A stretch of 64,000 nt of DNA from Nymphaea colorata (lineage: Eukaryota), in contig NC_045138.2 of NCBI RefSeq assembly GCF_008831285.2, forward strand, positions 25,358,001 through 25,422,000, given 5' to 3'. Below, piece after piece: positions 14,521 through 28,127 of this stretch. How positions within the stretch are numbered: position 1 is the stretch's first letter; each line of letters begins with the position of its first letter. The notes beneath the pieces are model-generated. The model had not been told where the DNA came from. It worked only from the letters and a program-made list of their open reading frames with translations, and did no database searches. Position numbers and translations under genes: made by a program.

Positions 14521-14807
14521 AAATGACATAATTTTGGGTTGACAAACACTTTCTTTGCCTGGGAAGAACAAGAGCGAAGACAATGAGTGAGGTGGCAGCT
14601 TTGTCCTTCTTAGTTTTATATAGGAATAGTTGGAACCCAATCTTATGCAACAAACACTTCCTACCCAATCATCTCTCTTTTATAGACAAGGTTTTTGGTT
14701 TTTCACATTGATGCTGCATTAGTTGTTGATTGAAACAAATAAAAAGTTCTATCTAAATCTTTTGATTATAATCATTGATGATGGTCCCTAAATTTTTTGG
14801 ATTTTAG

Positions 14808-15379
14808 CTTGATGATTGGGTCTCTGTCGGATATATAAGAAGAACAATCAGCCTAAAAGGCTCATCGTTTGTGATAGAGACGACTCGCTGGACGATGTGT
14901 TGACGTCCTTGCCTAACATGGACGGCCACAACTCCGTTAAGCTCCAATCTCAGAAGGCTACTGCTGATTTTGCAGCATTGCTCGAAGGTGAAGACAATTT
15001 CTTTGACGGATTCTTGTTCGACGACGGCACGAATGCAAACAGCTCCATATGGCAACTGGCTTTGTCGTTCGGCATGCCGCAGAACAGCGCCAACGAGGCA
15101 GAGATTTCGATGGTATCGGCTGCAGCCGCTGGAGTTACCATCGGGTCGATGTCTAGCCTACCATCGAAGAGGACGCTCCCCTCCCCATATTGGAACGAAG
15201 GGCTCCCCCCCACAAAAAAGATCTACGACGCCAATTCAAGCAGCAACGGAGGGGGAAGCTCGAATGCTGCGCTGCTTAGCCAACTACCCAACGTCGGAGC
15301 TGCTCCTTTGCAGCACCACCACGGCCTTGTGGGGTCTCTTGGCGATGGTGTTTTCAGGCAGCAGTACCATCTCCCATAA
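14808..15379 (+). pseudogene. Orphan last exon of a NAC transcription factor (NAC025/056/NOR/NAM-B1-like)
   Basis: Acceptor ttttag|14808, then LDDWV[1-bp deletion]LCRIYKK, later KRTLPSPYWNE and LVGSLGDGVFRQQYHLP*. The preceding intron end resembles intron 2 of the 32.1-kb NAC copy. No exons 1-2 seen upstream. Confidence 0.85.
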
Positions 15380-18300
15380 AGAGGTAGTTCAGTAACTTAG
15401 GAAATCTAAGATGATTCACCAAATATTGACAAATCAGTAACTTTTTAGCTTTTTACTGCCGAAATGAATTGATCAAACAACAGGTTTCCTACTAAACAAA
15501 CCATGCTAAGTGCATCCATGGGGTCAGGTTGAACAAATGAAGCTGAACACATGGCTCCCTGCCACATAATACAATATTAATGGCCTGATAGAATGTCATG
15601 CTAATAATATGCATTGAACATGAGAAATACAACATTTAAAATCTAATAGAGGAAAGCTTGAGAAAGACAAATGTAGAGGATGGTTGGTGGGGATGCCTGA
15701 AAACAAACAAGTGACGTTTTCTACAATAAGCTAATCCAGCCAAAAATGGACGGGCTTCTAAGGAAAAGTTATGAAGTTTGGTAAAGATACATCAACTTTT
15801 ACACTTGTTGTAAAGAGAACCAAACAACTTACTCTAAAGTTTTTGCCAACTGCTTAAGAACTGTTGATGGGATCATCATATTGAAGTTCAAATGCTTTTG
15901 AGGGATGAATTTCTTTAGCGTGACCTTTCTCTGTATTCTAAACAAGTAATAGATGATATCAGTTCCAAATTTGGCAAGAAATAACTCTCCCAAATTCAAA
16001 ATTTTCAACAAACTATTTACACAAGATTCATACTGGTCTAATGAGAGAAAAAAAAATAAATAAAAGATTCCCAGAAATTCCCAGTTGCCCGTAATGTGTA
16101 CAGATCCTTTGTTATTCATTCCTATCACAAAGTGAGTGCTCTCCTCAAAATGATAATGACAAGACAAAGGTGACATTGTGAACCATGAACATCAGGCATG
16201 AGAAAAAGTATGGGGACTCAATATTTCAGGAACAAGGTTTCTCCAAAATATAATAAGAACAGTGTCTTTGCCAACATATCGTACCTTCCTCTAGGGAAGT
16301 ACAGTGGACATGCTGAAAAAAACACATCAGTCGAAACTGCAGTCTTCGAACCACAACAAAGTGAATTACGTGCATTTGATCCCATGGATTCCTCAAGGAG
16401 TTGTAATGAATATCCATCAACAATCTCCTTCCACTGTTTTCCATTTTTTAAGACAATTATGTTATTTCTTCATATAAGATGCACAGAAAACTGCACAAAA
16501 GGTGCATTTTAAGTCATTCTAGGTGTATCCTTGTGACGCAGCCTTTTGTAAAAGTATATTCAGCTCCGCAATGCCCAAGCCACCCATAGCATTGGGTCTG
16601 ACTATATGTCGGCTGACCAAACTTCATCATGATTGGTTCCCTAAAAAGAAAATGATCTCATAAGCTTGTCAAAACTTTGTAATTTTAAATAATATAATAG
16701 CATAGAAAGTAAAGCAAGGCCGTGCCTACAAAAAGGCTTTGCATGTCATATCTATGCAAATGCAAATTTACATGCTTAGCAAAGCACTACATTATTTTTA
16801 TGGTCAATTATAGAAACCCTAAATTAAAATATTCAGGAAGTTTGATTATCAACAATTTTTGCCCATGATGACTTTCATGTATCTGAAAAAGGAAAAAAAG
16901 GAAGAAGCATCAGAAAATAAGAAACAACAACCATAAGGACTACACAACTTTCCTTGAGATTTGGTTGGAAGAATTGGATTTCTCTGTCCCTTTTTCTTAC
17001 TCACGTTATGCCAGTTCAAAATGCTATGTATCTCTCCACCGATCCGTAGGCAAATAATAAAGACATCAACATAAATCGATTGCAAGTTATCGTCTAGGAA
17101 AACTCCTGCATCGGCTTAGTTTCTGAAAAGCTTAATGTGCTGGGAAGTTGATTGTTATCCATTAAACAGTTTGGTTGCCGTATGCCAAAATGATTCATTT
17201 AACTCCACAGTTGGATACCCAAAAAAATGCACGTGATTTGTGTGAACCATATAGAATGCCTGGAAGTGTTCTCTCTTGGACGATCAGACTCTTCCTGGGC
17301 TTGCTAGTGATTATTTTTTTCTTCTTACTAACCCATCCAGGCAGGTCTTCCATATTCACTTGGTTAATTTATCATCAGAAAGCGGCCATACTTCCTCCAC
17401 GCATATAGCTTCATCAACTACTATTACGCTTAGCATATTGCAAAATGCAACAAGGATGGACACTTGCCACATTTTAAACTCCAACTAGGAATATGATGGA
17501 GGAAATTTGTAGCAATTTGGTGCGGGCAAAATGCGTCCGCGTCAATCTTTTCAATTGATATAGAAATTCAAGCAATTTAAAATATAAGCAAATAGAAAAA
17601 AACAAGTAATCTCATAGTGTTTTTTACGAGGTAAGCAACTTAAGTACTAAACCATATTGGCTGAAAACATTATTGGCACTCAAGACTTACGTCTAGAAAA
17701 AGACAGGCACGATGGTAGAGAATAACGGAAATTTTTACGCACTCTTCGTTTTTCCACGAAAGAGATGCTGATTTCTCCCCTTCTGTCACCAAGGACCGAA
17801 GATCATGAGAAAGGGACAGATAGATAGACAGATAGAGAGAGCGGGGTGGGGGGAGCACCTCGATCATTTCTGAGGTCCGCCTGTAAGAACCTTTTCCGCC
17901 TTGGCAGCAGCCTAATGAAGGGCTGGACCATCCATCGGTTCCACAAGGAGCAAACCATTCACACGACTTAACAAAGAATGCCCTCGATCAATAATACCAA
18001 ACGAAATCAAGTCGCGAGATAGAGAGAGAAAGAGAGAGTTAAACCTGCCTTGGCTTTGGAAACCAAGGAGGAATCCATGGGATGGGACGTGACGAACAGA
18101 GACTTTACAGAACATATGGATTCAATTTGACCATCACTCATGATAGTGAATCAGTCCACCCAAGAAATGGAAAACAGAGAGAGAAATTTCCTTTCACCGG
18201 TTTGTCGATGAAATGGCGTCGTGGAGAAGGGGAAATGAAAGTCATACGCACTTGCGCGTTCGTGCCCAACTCCCTCAAGTGTTTTAGTCTCTCCTGCGTA

Positions 18301-21300
18301 TCTTCAAACAAGAGGCCAGGGAGGAGGTTGCCCACCATCGCCGACCCTTCGCTCTTCGCTTTCTTAAAAGCGGTGGATCGCACCAACCCGCCCTTTTTTC
18401 GACGACTTCGGCAAGCCCCTTCAGGAGCCCACAATCTTCTATTTCTCCTATTTTTATGCGTTTAATCTTGCCAGGATGGTTTATTCTTCCCAGATGGATG
18501 GCTCATGGCATTGGCAACCCTCCTCTTCCATGGCTATATGGCACCGTAGGATCTTTTAGGTCGTCGATGCATCTTCGACAAAACGAAAATGGTTAGGTTC
18601 CTGAATCAAACATTTTTGTGGCAAGGTCAAGAAGTCGAACATGAGCAATAACAGTGTACTAGTTTCCATCGAATTGCTCATGAATTTGTAACAAGCAAAC
18701 TTTACATAATTTTGGGTTGGGTAGCAAAGTGGCCAAAGTGTTTGACTTGTGAATGATATGTTTAATAATTCAAAACCGTATTGCTTACAAGTTACATGTT
18801 TGGTAAAGGCGTTTTTGGGTGGTAAAAATGACAACTTTAGTGTGTTTGATTGGTGTATATATATATCATTTTTGTTGTTAGTCTCTCTGAGATTAATGGT
18901 CAAGGGAACAAGCAGGTCCAACATGCATATATGCTTTCCATTCATGTGCATATGCTTGGCTGGCACCTAGAAGTGGGGTTCATCTTCGGCAGAGACCCCA
19001 TCCCCAATCTATCGCAGGATGAACCAGAAAAAGGAGGCTAGTTGGGTTCGACCCTCACCCTGGCCTATTATTGAGATCAAAGTGTCTTTGTGGACTCTAA
19101 ATTATTGAGATTAAAGTGATCTCCCCACAAGCTCTGTCATCAGAAACTTTTGGACTTCGTTTAAAAAAAGATGTTCCGTATTCATGGGTGTTACACTCAC
19201 TCGTTTTCACACAGGCATTTTGCCTTGCTTTCTGTTCAATTGAAGTGACGTCCTGCAGTGTGCTCTTCTTAAAGTCGTTCTTTGATGTTGGCTACAAAGA
19301 TCAAGCAGGACTTCAGAAAACAGAGGAACCTGCCCATAGTCATCATCTCCTCAACATGTATTCCATAAGCAGGTTTGAAAGGCAGGAGGTTGTAATCAAC
19401 TAAGAAGCTATGCTACCAATACGAGCAAGAAAGAAGCAGCTTTCATGGTTGACAGAGGAGAAGCACCTCAAGGAGCTTTATATGCAGACATCAAAATATT
19501 TCTACCATCAATTTCTTAGCCCCTTATAGCTTCGATGCTAGATATAAAAACGGAGTTTAGGTTAATGAAAGAATGTTTTAGTCTCTGAGAAATAGAAGCG
19601 GGGCATGAGTTAGTAAAGGCAGAAGGAATAAAGTGGACATCCTTGTCTGCAAGAGCCAAAGTTACTTTGTCAAAAAGGAAATTTCGGGATATCATTTTCT
19701 TAGGCTTGCTGTTGGCTTCCAGCTGGGCTTTGGGATTTCCAAAATATTGCACCAGAATGCAGATATCTCGATGTTCCATTGATAGTATAGAGTCTATAGA
19801 CTGTGACATAAAATATTTGAAAATTGATTAGGTACATTTTTAAATCGAAAAAACCATGATCGTCATGCTTTTGCTACAGATTTCTCATGGGAAGGTAAAT
19901 TCCCAAGAAAAAAATCTTATGTGGAAATTGATTCTTATCTTCCATTTCCATCTTGCCAATGCGAAGAGCAAGGTTGTATTTAACCAACAGGCCTTGCTTC
20001 CTTTTTTTATTGCCTATCACAGGAAAGAAGCTGTCAAAGAAGGAAGCAGAGTTTCTCTGCTGCTGCCGCAAATAAATTAGCTGCAGATAGAGTAGCCAAG
20101 AAGCTCTCATAGCACTGGTTGACAATTCCCTGTTCTTCATCTCACAAGCGAAACAGGACAAATAATTGCAGGATGGGTTCCAGAATCTTTCAGGTTTTCT
20201 GTCAATTGAAGCAGTGCAGTGCTTAAGAAACCTCCGAAGGAGTGTTCGTAATACAATATAGTAGTTTGCGAAGTTTTCTTTGCACCTATTACATTGATCT
20301 ATATTTCACTGCAGGTCTAATCCCGAAGAGGATTTAGTAATCGAAGCAAGTTTCGAGGATCTAAAACATCTTCCGGCCGACCTACAGTACTTCATGAAAC
20401 TGTTATTATCTACTAGTACTGTGCTGCTGCCAACTGCATTATTGACGGACAAAATAATTGTTTCAGAGAGGTCCAATTCCATGGCCTTACACATCTTGCC
20501 AAAGGAGAAATTATCTAATCTGCTGAAGTCTGAAACGTTGGAAGTTGGAACTCGAAGCACCAACTTAGTTGCTCATATTTATCAGAAAGCGAGATTATTA
20601 AGAGCTCAAACTAAAAAAAAAAGCTCTATATATTAGAAAGTAATAGTATCCAGTCATAAGGCTTATGATTATAAGACTACACCATGTTTAATTTAAGACT
20701 AGTATGATGGCTGAAATCAGTTATATCCATGGTACGTACTGCTTTTCATAATTAGAAATTTAAAATCTGCCAAAAAACAACTCTTGTTTAGCATGAGAAT
20801 AGAAGAATCTCTACTGCGTTTTTATCCCAATACTTATATTAATTTTAAATTAAAATAATAAATATTTTAGTTTTTTAATTATGGTCCCTACACATCCTTT
20901 GAAGAATTTAGGTAGATACTGTTTGAAATTTGATGCTCACAACGTTGCCCTCAAGTTCAACCCGCTTTCCTTCTTTTTCTGCCGCGTTATGGTGGAACGT
21001 ACAAAGGTGAAAACTTGTTCTCCTTTGCAATCATGAAATCATCTACCAACGTTCATTCACAAATAAGATGACACTACTTGCGTACTTAAGACTTCAGGAT
21101 TTCGACACTAAATTTTGCATTACGTATGTTGTAGCATGCGCGCATACAGAAGGAAAGAAATCCTCTCCTGGTTGATGCAAGAACATCAGAGTCTGTCATT
21201 CGCACTTTTCCTTACAAGTGAAAAGTTGGAAACTGTTCACACCCACCAAAAGGTTGCTAGCTCTTTTCTGATAGGCGTAATTATATTAAGCAAAATATGA

Positions 21301-21583
21301 TTCGCATATGAACCATGAAAAATCACATAATCTAGAGAGAAAATAAAAGAGATGCGTTGATGAAGACTTTGAATAGCTGCAGAATTCAAAAACCTAAGTA
21401 GTTGCAGAACAGTTTGAATTTTCCATTCTCCAAACTAGTTATTTCGATAACATGCATAAATGGAGTACACAGTGGAAATGCTCGACCGACGGACGAGTCA
21501 TTCTTCTCGTAATTTTACGTTTCAATCACAAGTATGGTACTTAGCCTCTATACTCTATAGTCCGGAAGCAACGGCAGCATAAT

Positions 21584-22205
21584 TTAATAGTGCCCGCCTC
21601 CGTAGCCTCCGCCAGCTTCCCCACCGTACCCACCACCGTGGCCTCCCCCAACTCCACGGTGGGGGACCGTACCCTCCACCAGCGGCACCACCATAACCAC
21701 CACCTACTCCGCCACCATAGCCTCCTCCATCACCTCCACCGACTCCTCCGCCATATCCTCCTCCAGTGCCGCCACCATAACCACCACCTGCTCCGCCACC
21801 ATAACCTCCTCCAGCGCCACCACCGACTCCGCCACCGTAGCCTCCTGCCCCACCTCCATACCCACCACCAACGCCACCTCCCCCACCATGCCCACCTCCG
21901 ACACCACCACCATAGCCTCCTCCAGCACCACCGCTTACACCACCTCCATACCCACCGCCATGCCCTCCTCCGGCACCACCACCATACCCACCGCCAAGGC
22001 CTCCTCCTCCACCATGTTCCTGCGCCACCACCATAGCCACCTCCATACCCACCGCCATGCCCACCTCCGGCATCACCACCATAGCCACCTCCAGCGCCAC
22101 CTCCATACCCACCACCGGCACCACCACCATAGCCACCGCCTAGGCCGGTTCCACCACCTTGCCCGGCCCCAGTGCCACCTCCGTATCCACCTCCAAGGCC
22201 ATAAC
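21584..22205 (-). pseudogene. 3' part of the GRP-A1 paralog (GRP-B1), cut off by the retrotransposon and frameshifted
   Basis: Gly-rich sequence is spread over ORFs 21730..22251 and 21555..22136 (frame changes). It ends ...GGGHY TAA at 21584-21586 like GRP-A1, and the 3' UTR is homologous to positions 1-181. Confidence 0.88.
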
Positions 22206-22506
22206 TGTTGCGAGATTTGTGGAAGAAGATTGGTGTTGCCCAATACACCAAATCAACTATATTCTGCTGTTATCAAGAGAGAAGGAAAGAAATCTTCTCT
22301 ATACTTTGAAAAAGATTCGATAACAGCTTTCTTGGTTATCGTCTCACTCAACATGTATAAAAACCCTCTTTCTCTCTTGGATTGTAACAATGGAAAGAAA
22401 AATAAAATAGCAGTCTTCTTCCTCCGTGGACGTAGGCCAGAGTGCCAAACCACGTAAATCTGTTGTTCCTGTTTCTATTGTTGCTTCTACCTTATGTTTT
22501 CTATCA
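22206..22506 (+). repeat. 5' LTR (301 bp, TG...CA)
   Basis: Begins TG, ends TATCA immediately before the PBS. Contains TATAAAA at ~22356. Confidence 0.95.
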
Positions 22507-22518
22507 TGGTATCAGAGC
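22507..22518 (+). other. Primer-binding site (tRNA-iMet type)
   Basis: TGGTATCAGAGC directly after the 5' LTR. Confidence 0.93.
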
Positions 22519-22630
22519 GGGTTATATAAAGCCGCTGCATATTTCTTCGACAATCTTGGAGACAGGTTGTGAGCTGTTTTTTGACAAGGAGATACTTGCT
22601 GTTTGAAGGAGTAGCAGAACAGAGTGCCGA

Positions 22631-22978
22631 CCGTCAGGAAACCTGCCAGAAAATTGGCCGGCGTTGTCTACTCCGGCGACGTCAAAGGTCGAGCAAGGAC
22701 TCCTTCGAATCATCTACTTCTGAGGAACGTCCCTACCAATTTTCAGATTTTTTGACACAGCCATTAAGGAGTTATGATTTTTTTAAGAAACACCTGTTGC
22801 TCCTATGTTTTTCCCAAACCGTCAGGAAGCCTGCTGCAAAACTGACCGGCGTTGTCAGCTCCAGCGACGTCAGGGGTCGAACAAGGGCTCCTTAGAATCG
22901 TCTACCTCTGAGGAACGTCCCTACCAATTTTCAGATTTTTAGAAGCAGCCATTGAGGAATTATGATTTTTTGAAGAGA
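22631..22978 (+). repeat. Two diverged direct repeats (188-bp period) in the retrotransposon 5' leader
   Basis: ccgtcaggaa...tgaggaacgtccctaccaattttcagattttt at 22631 and 22819. Confidence 0.85.
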
Positions 22979-23360
22979 TGCTATCGCTGGAAAAACTGTC
23001 TGCAACTACTCTTCCCTTTCCCCAATTTCTATTCACGAATTGGGATGCAAGGGCACTCTCCAATTTTTTGCCGTCTCTCTACTTTTGAGTTAATTTGGTT
23101 GTTGGGAGCTGTGGCTGAGGACCAGGAAAAAGAATCAAAAGGTCTTCACTGGCGATCAAGGTTTTCTGAATCCATTATTGAGGTTCTTCGTTATCGGGTG
23201 ACATCCTCCTCTCTCCTGTTCCTTGAGAGCATGATTGATTATGCACATTTATTCTGAAACGAGTTTTTGAATGATCGAGTAGCAGCTTTGAGTAGCATCT
23301 TTCACTAGCTTCCTTGCTATATTCTGTTATTTTGTGAATTGTCTGGTATTCTCTTATTCA

Positions 23361-26300
23361 ATGGCAAATAACCAGCAAGAAACTACAGAAAGTTTTAGAC
23401 ATCTCAATAGCAACGAGCAAAGCAGCCAACCTCTGAAAATCACCAATATGCTATTGAATGGCACCAACTACTTAAGTTGGGCTAAGGCAACTCGACTATT
23501 TTTAAGCGGTCGATCCAAGGTTGGATACATAAATGGGAAGATCAGTCCTCCTAATAGGTCAGATCCTAAATTTGATGATTGGCAATCTGAAAATGATATG
23601 GTGATGTCGTGGCTTATTAACTCCATGGAACCCTCTATTTCAAATCTATTTATGTATCAAGAAACTGCAAAGGAAATTTAGGATGAGTTAAAACAACTTT
23701 TTTTCAGAACAGAATAACCTCGCACGAGTCTATCAAATTCAGGTCGAGATTTCCAATCTTATGAAGGGTGACAAATCACTGAATCTCTACATAGGAGAAC
23801 TCAAAAGCCGATTTGATGAACTTCTGCAATATAGGCCTGCTACGACTGATCCTGACACATACAAAACCCGGTTTGAGGAAGACAAAATCTTCAAATTTTT
23901 GGCAGGTTTAGGAGCCGATTATGAAGGTATTAGGAGTCAAATCCTCAATAACACTCCGCTGCCCAACTTCAACAATGTTTGTCAAATGATACAGAGGGAG
24001 GCTGCACGAAGGCAAGTTATGAATTCTAAAATTGAAATTTCTGAAGAAAGCCGTGAACAAATGGCATGCGTCGCTCAAGCCGATTTTGTCAAAGGGGATC
24101 AAAAACTTCCGAATGCCAACAAACCTTCCAATGCTAACTTCAGCTATCAGAAAGGGAGAAATAAATTTAGATGCACCCACTGCAAGCGGACTGGTCATAC
24201 TCGTGAAAGATGTTGGGAGCTGGTCGGAAGACCAACAAGAGACAAAGCTACCTCCTCCACAAAACCGGTGTATTCCACCAATTCTGATTTAGCGAACTTT
24301 GTCACCAAGGACGACCTTGAGAAATTTTTTCAGAAGTTTGCAAAGACCAATCTAGTATCATCTCAGCCTATCAGCAATTCAGAAGGTAACAACTTTGCTT
24401 TGACTGCTACTTTAAATCGTTCTGCATGGGTTATTGACACAGGGGCTACCGATCATATGTCTAGCGACTTAAGAAAAATTATTAATATTGACAAAACAAA
24501 ACAAAGATCAGTTTTTACAGCCGATGGATCACCCATTATTGCTGAAGGATACGGTGAAACTACATTCTTTAAAAAAGGGCAGAAATCTCAAGTTTTATAT
24601 ATTCCCAAACTGTCAGCTAATCTCATCTCGGTAAGCAAATTAACCAAGTCTCATAACTGTTTGGTTGTTTTTTCCTCAAAGGATGTGATATTTCAGGATT
24701 GTGTGACGAACCAAGAGATTGGTAGAGGGCATGAGCAGAATGGGCTATACGTGATGGACGAAAATTGTTGCAACCTCATTATGAATGATCAGCAAGATCG
24801 ACGTTCTCACTACTGGACCTGGCACGCCAGACTTGGTCACATCTCTCATCAAAGTTTAACTCGTCTTATTCCAAATCTTACAGTTGAAAATAAATCATGT
24901 GATGCTTGTGAATTTTCTAAATCCACAAGATTACCTTTTCAGTCCTCTACTGAAAAATTAAATGACATCTTTGATTTAGTTCATTCTGATGTTTGGGGAC
25001 CAGCCCCAGAAGTGTCATATTCTGGATTTAGATATTATGTTTCCTTTATTGATGACAAGACACGCATGACATGGTTGTTCTTTCTTAAGTATAAGAGTGA
25101 AGTTTTTAGTGCTTTCAAAGAATTTTTCAAGATGGTACATACTCAATATGGAGTAAAGATAAAAAAACTTCGCTCTGACAATGGTGGAGAATATGTGAAT
25201 GATGCTCTTGAAACCTTTCTAAAAGGGGAAGGAATACAACCTCAATATTCTTGTGCAGGTACTCCACAACAAAATGGAGTGGCAGAACGAAAGAATAGAC
25301 AATTACTGAATGTTGCTCGATCTCTTATGACTCACATGCATGTTCCTTTTCGTTTTTGGAATGATGAAATTGCTACGGCCTGTTATATTATCAACAGAAC
25401 ACCAAGTTCCAGTATTGAAAATCAAGTTCCTATAGAACTTCTTCTCAACAGAAAAGTTTCTATAAAGCATCTTAAAGTTTTTGGATGTAAATGCTATTTT
25501 CATAGACAGGAAAACTTTAGGAACAAATTTGAAAAACGTGCTGTCAAAAGTATTTTCCTCGGTTTTTCCAGTAGAAAGAAAGGATATAAATGTTATGATC
25601 CAGTCACTAGAAGATTATTTATATCTCGTGATGTGAAATTTTTTGAACAGGAATCTTTCTTTGATTATCAAAGACAGGGGGAGATGAATTTTGCTAATCC
25701 GACCAAGCAGCCCACATTGCCAATAGTGAAAATCAGCTATGAAGCTCCTAGTGCTAGCAAGCAGCCCGTATTGCCTATGGTTGAACCCCATTTTGAAGTA
25801 GACAAAATCATTTCAAATGATGTGTCTCCACTTTCACCTCAAGAACCCGACACCAGCTTCAATCCTCCCACTCTTTCCACCGAACCAAATCCCAATTCAA
25901 ACCAACCAGAAAATTCCATTAGACAATCCACTCGTCCTACCAGACCACCAACAAAATTTAGTGACTATTATACCTATCTTACAACAAACAAAAACCATTC
26001 CATAGACCAATACTTGTCATTCGAAAATCTGTCCATTCACTATAAATCCTATATCCTAAATACCTACTCCCAAAACGAACCAAAAACTTATGAGGAGGCA
26101 AAATCTGATCCAAAGTGGCATAATGCAATGGAAGAAGAACTTGCGGCATTGAAAAAAAATCAAACATGGGATTTAGTTCCTCTACCTGATGGCAAGAAGC
26201 TGGTTGGATGCAAGTGGGTTTATCGAATAAAATACAACAGCGATGGAAGTGTAGAACGCTACAAAGATCGCTTGGTCGCCAAAGGATTCACTCAAACTGA

Positions 26301-27609
26301 AGGTATTGACTATACTGAAACCTTTGCTCCTGTTGCAAAGATGAGTTCTGTCCGAATGTTAATCTCAGTAGCAGCAAACAAGAGATGGCCTCTAAATCAA
26401 CTTGATGTGAAAAATGCTTTTCTTCATGAAAAACTCAATGAAGAAGTTTATATGGAGGCTCCAAAAGGTATAAAAAATGAGCACAGGTACGTATGTAAAT
26501 TGAAAAAAGCTCTATATGGTTTGAAACAGTCACCGCGAGCTTGGTTCTCTCGTCTTAGTGATGCGCTTGCAAAAATGGGTTTCAAAAGAAGCAGTGCTGA
26601 TCATACTATGTTTACGTCTTTGAGAAACTTTAAAATATGTATTCTCCTGGTCTATGTGGACGATATAATAATGACAGGTGATGATATTGATTTTATGCCA
26701 CGCGTCAAATACTATCTTAATCAGCTCTTTGAAATCAAAGATTTGGGGATACTAAGATTCTTTTTAGGAATTGAAGTTGCACACTCAAACAAAGGAGTCT
26801 TCCTTTGCCAAAGGAAGTATACGTTAGATCTATTGAAAGAAACAGGATGCTTGGGTGTGAAACCAACAGAGACACCCCTTGAAGTCAATTGTAAATTAAA
26901 GAAAGATGAAGGAGAAGTCGTCGAGAATATTCAAAGCTTTCAGAAACTCGTCGGTAAACTCATATATTTAACTGTTACAAGACCAGACATATCCTATGTT
27001 GTAAGTCTCATCAGTCAGTTTATGCATTCTCCTAGATCATCTCATATTGAAGCTGCTCATAGAATATTGAGATATTTGAAAAGATGCCCTGGGAAAGGAA
27101 TTTTAATGAAACGTGATCTGCCACTTGATGTTGTGGGTTATACTGATGCAGACTGGGCAGGGGATCCAAACGACCGAAGATCTACTTCTGGTTTTTGCAC
27201 CTTCGTTGGAGGAAATCTTGTAACTTGGAGAAGCAAAAAACAATATGTAGTTGCTCGATCAAGTGCTGAAGCATAATACAGAGCTATGGCTGGATGTACA
27301 TGTGAACTGGTGTGGATAAAAGCGCTTCTGAAGGATATGAATATTGACGTGCGAGACTCTATAAAGCTTATATGTGACAATATGGCTGTCATCTATATTG
27401 GGGCAAATCCGGTCTTTCACGAAAGAACCAAACACATTGAAATTGACTGTCACTTCATTAGAGAGAAGATTCAAGATGGAACTATCAAAACTTGTCATGT
27501 TAAAAGTGAAAATCAGTTGGCTGATATTTTCACCAAGAGCCTAGCACGAGAAAAGCATCAAAGCATTGTAAACAAGTTGGGACAGATTGATATCTGTTCT
27601 CCAACTTGA
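23361..27609 (+). pseudogene. Copia gag-pol polyprotein, disrupted
   Basis: LNGTNYLSW/WLINSM gag motifs, Zn knuckle CTHCKRTGHTRERC, protease WVIDTGAT, WHARLGH, integrase HSDVWGP/LRSDNGGEY/PQQNGVAER, RT YVDD, RNase H DADWAG/HERTKHIEID. Lesions: TAG 23679-23681, +1 T in the run at ~23698-23704, TAA 27274-27276. Confidence 0.95.
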
Positions 27610-27618
27610 GGGGGAGAT

Positions 27619-27884
27619 TGTTGCGAGATTTGTGGAAGAAGATTGGTGTTGCCCAATACACCAAATCAACTATATTCTGTTGTTATCAAGAGAGAAGGAA
27701 AGAAATCTTCTCTATACTTTGAAAAAGATTCGATAACAGCTTTCTTGGTTATCGTCTCACTCAACATGTATAAAAACCCTCTTTCTCTCTTGGATTGTAA
27801 CAATAGAAAGAAAAATAAAATAGCAGTCTTCTTCTTCCTCCGTGGACGTAGGCCAGAGTGCCGAACCACGTAAATCTGTTGTTC
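27619..27884 (+). repeat. 3' LTR, lacking its last 38 bp
   Basis: Matches the 5' LTR up to taaatctgttgttc (3 substitutions plus one TTC indel), then GRP sequence resumes. Confidence 0.93.
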
Positions 27885-28127
27885 AACCACCTCAGCTCCA
27901 CCTCCATAGCCACCACCGTATCCACCTCCACCACCGACGCCAAAGCCCTTACCAAAGCCGCCTCCAAAGAACTTATGGAACCACTTACGGTCATCAAGAG
28001 GAGGAGCCGGGGTCTGGTGACTTTGGTCGTTCATCAACTTCCGACTGTTTGCACTGACATGGATCAACAGGAAGTTGAGCAAAATGAAGAAAAGGAGGAA
28101 GAGCCTTCCCCCCAGGGAGTTAGCCAT
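27885..28127 (-). pseudogene. 5' part of GRP-B1 (signal peptide, linker, first Gly repeats)
   Basis: MANSLGGRLFLLFFILLNFLLIHVSANSRKLM...DDRKWFHKFFGGG, near-identical to GRP-A1. TATA at ~28217-28225. The frame reads on into the antisense LTR (ORF to 27666). Confidence 0.9.

Larger units (their letters stand above)
22206..27884 (+). mobile_element. Near full-length Ty1/copia LTR retrotransposon inserted antisense into the GRP-B1 coding sequence
   Basis: Two LTRs starting TGTTGCGAGA (22206, 27619), PBS TGGTATCAGAGC at 22507, polypurine tract GAGGGGGAGA at 27608-27617, and gag-PR-INT-RT-RH domain order. Confidence 0.97.
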
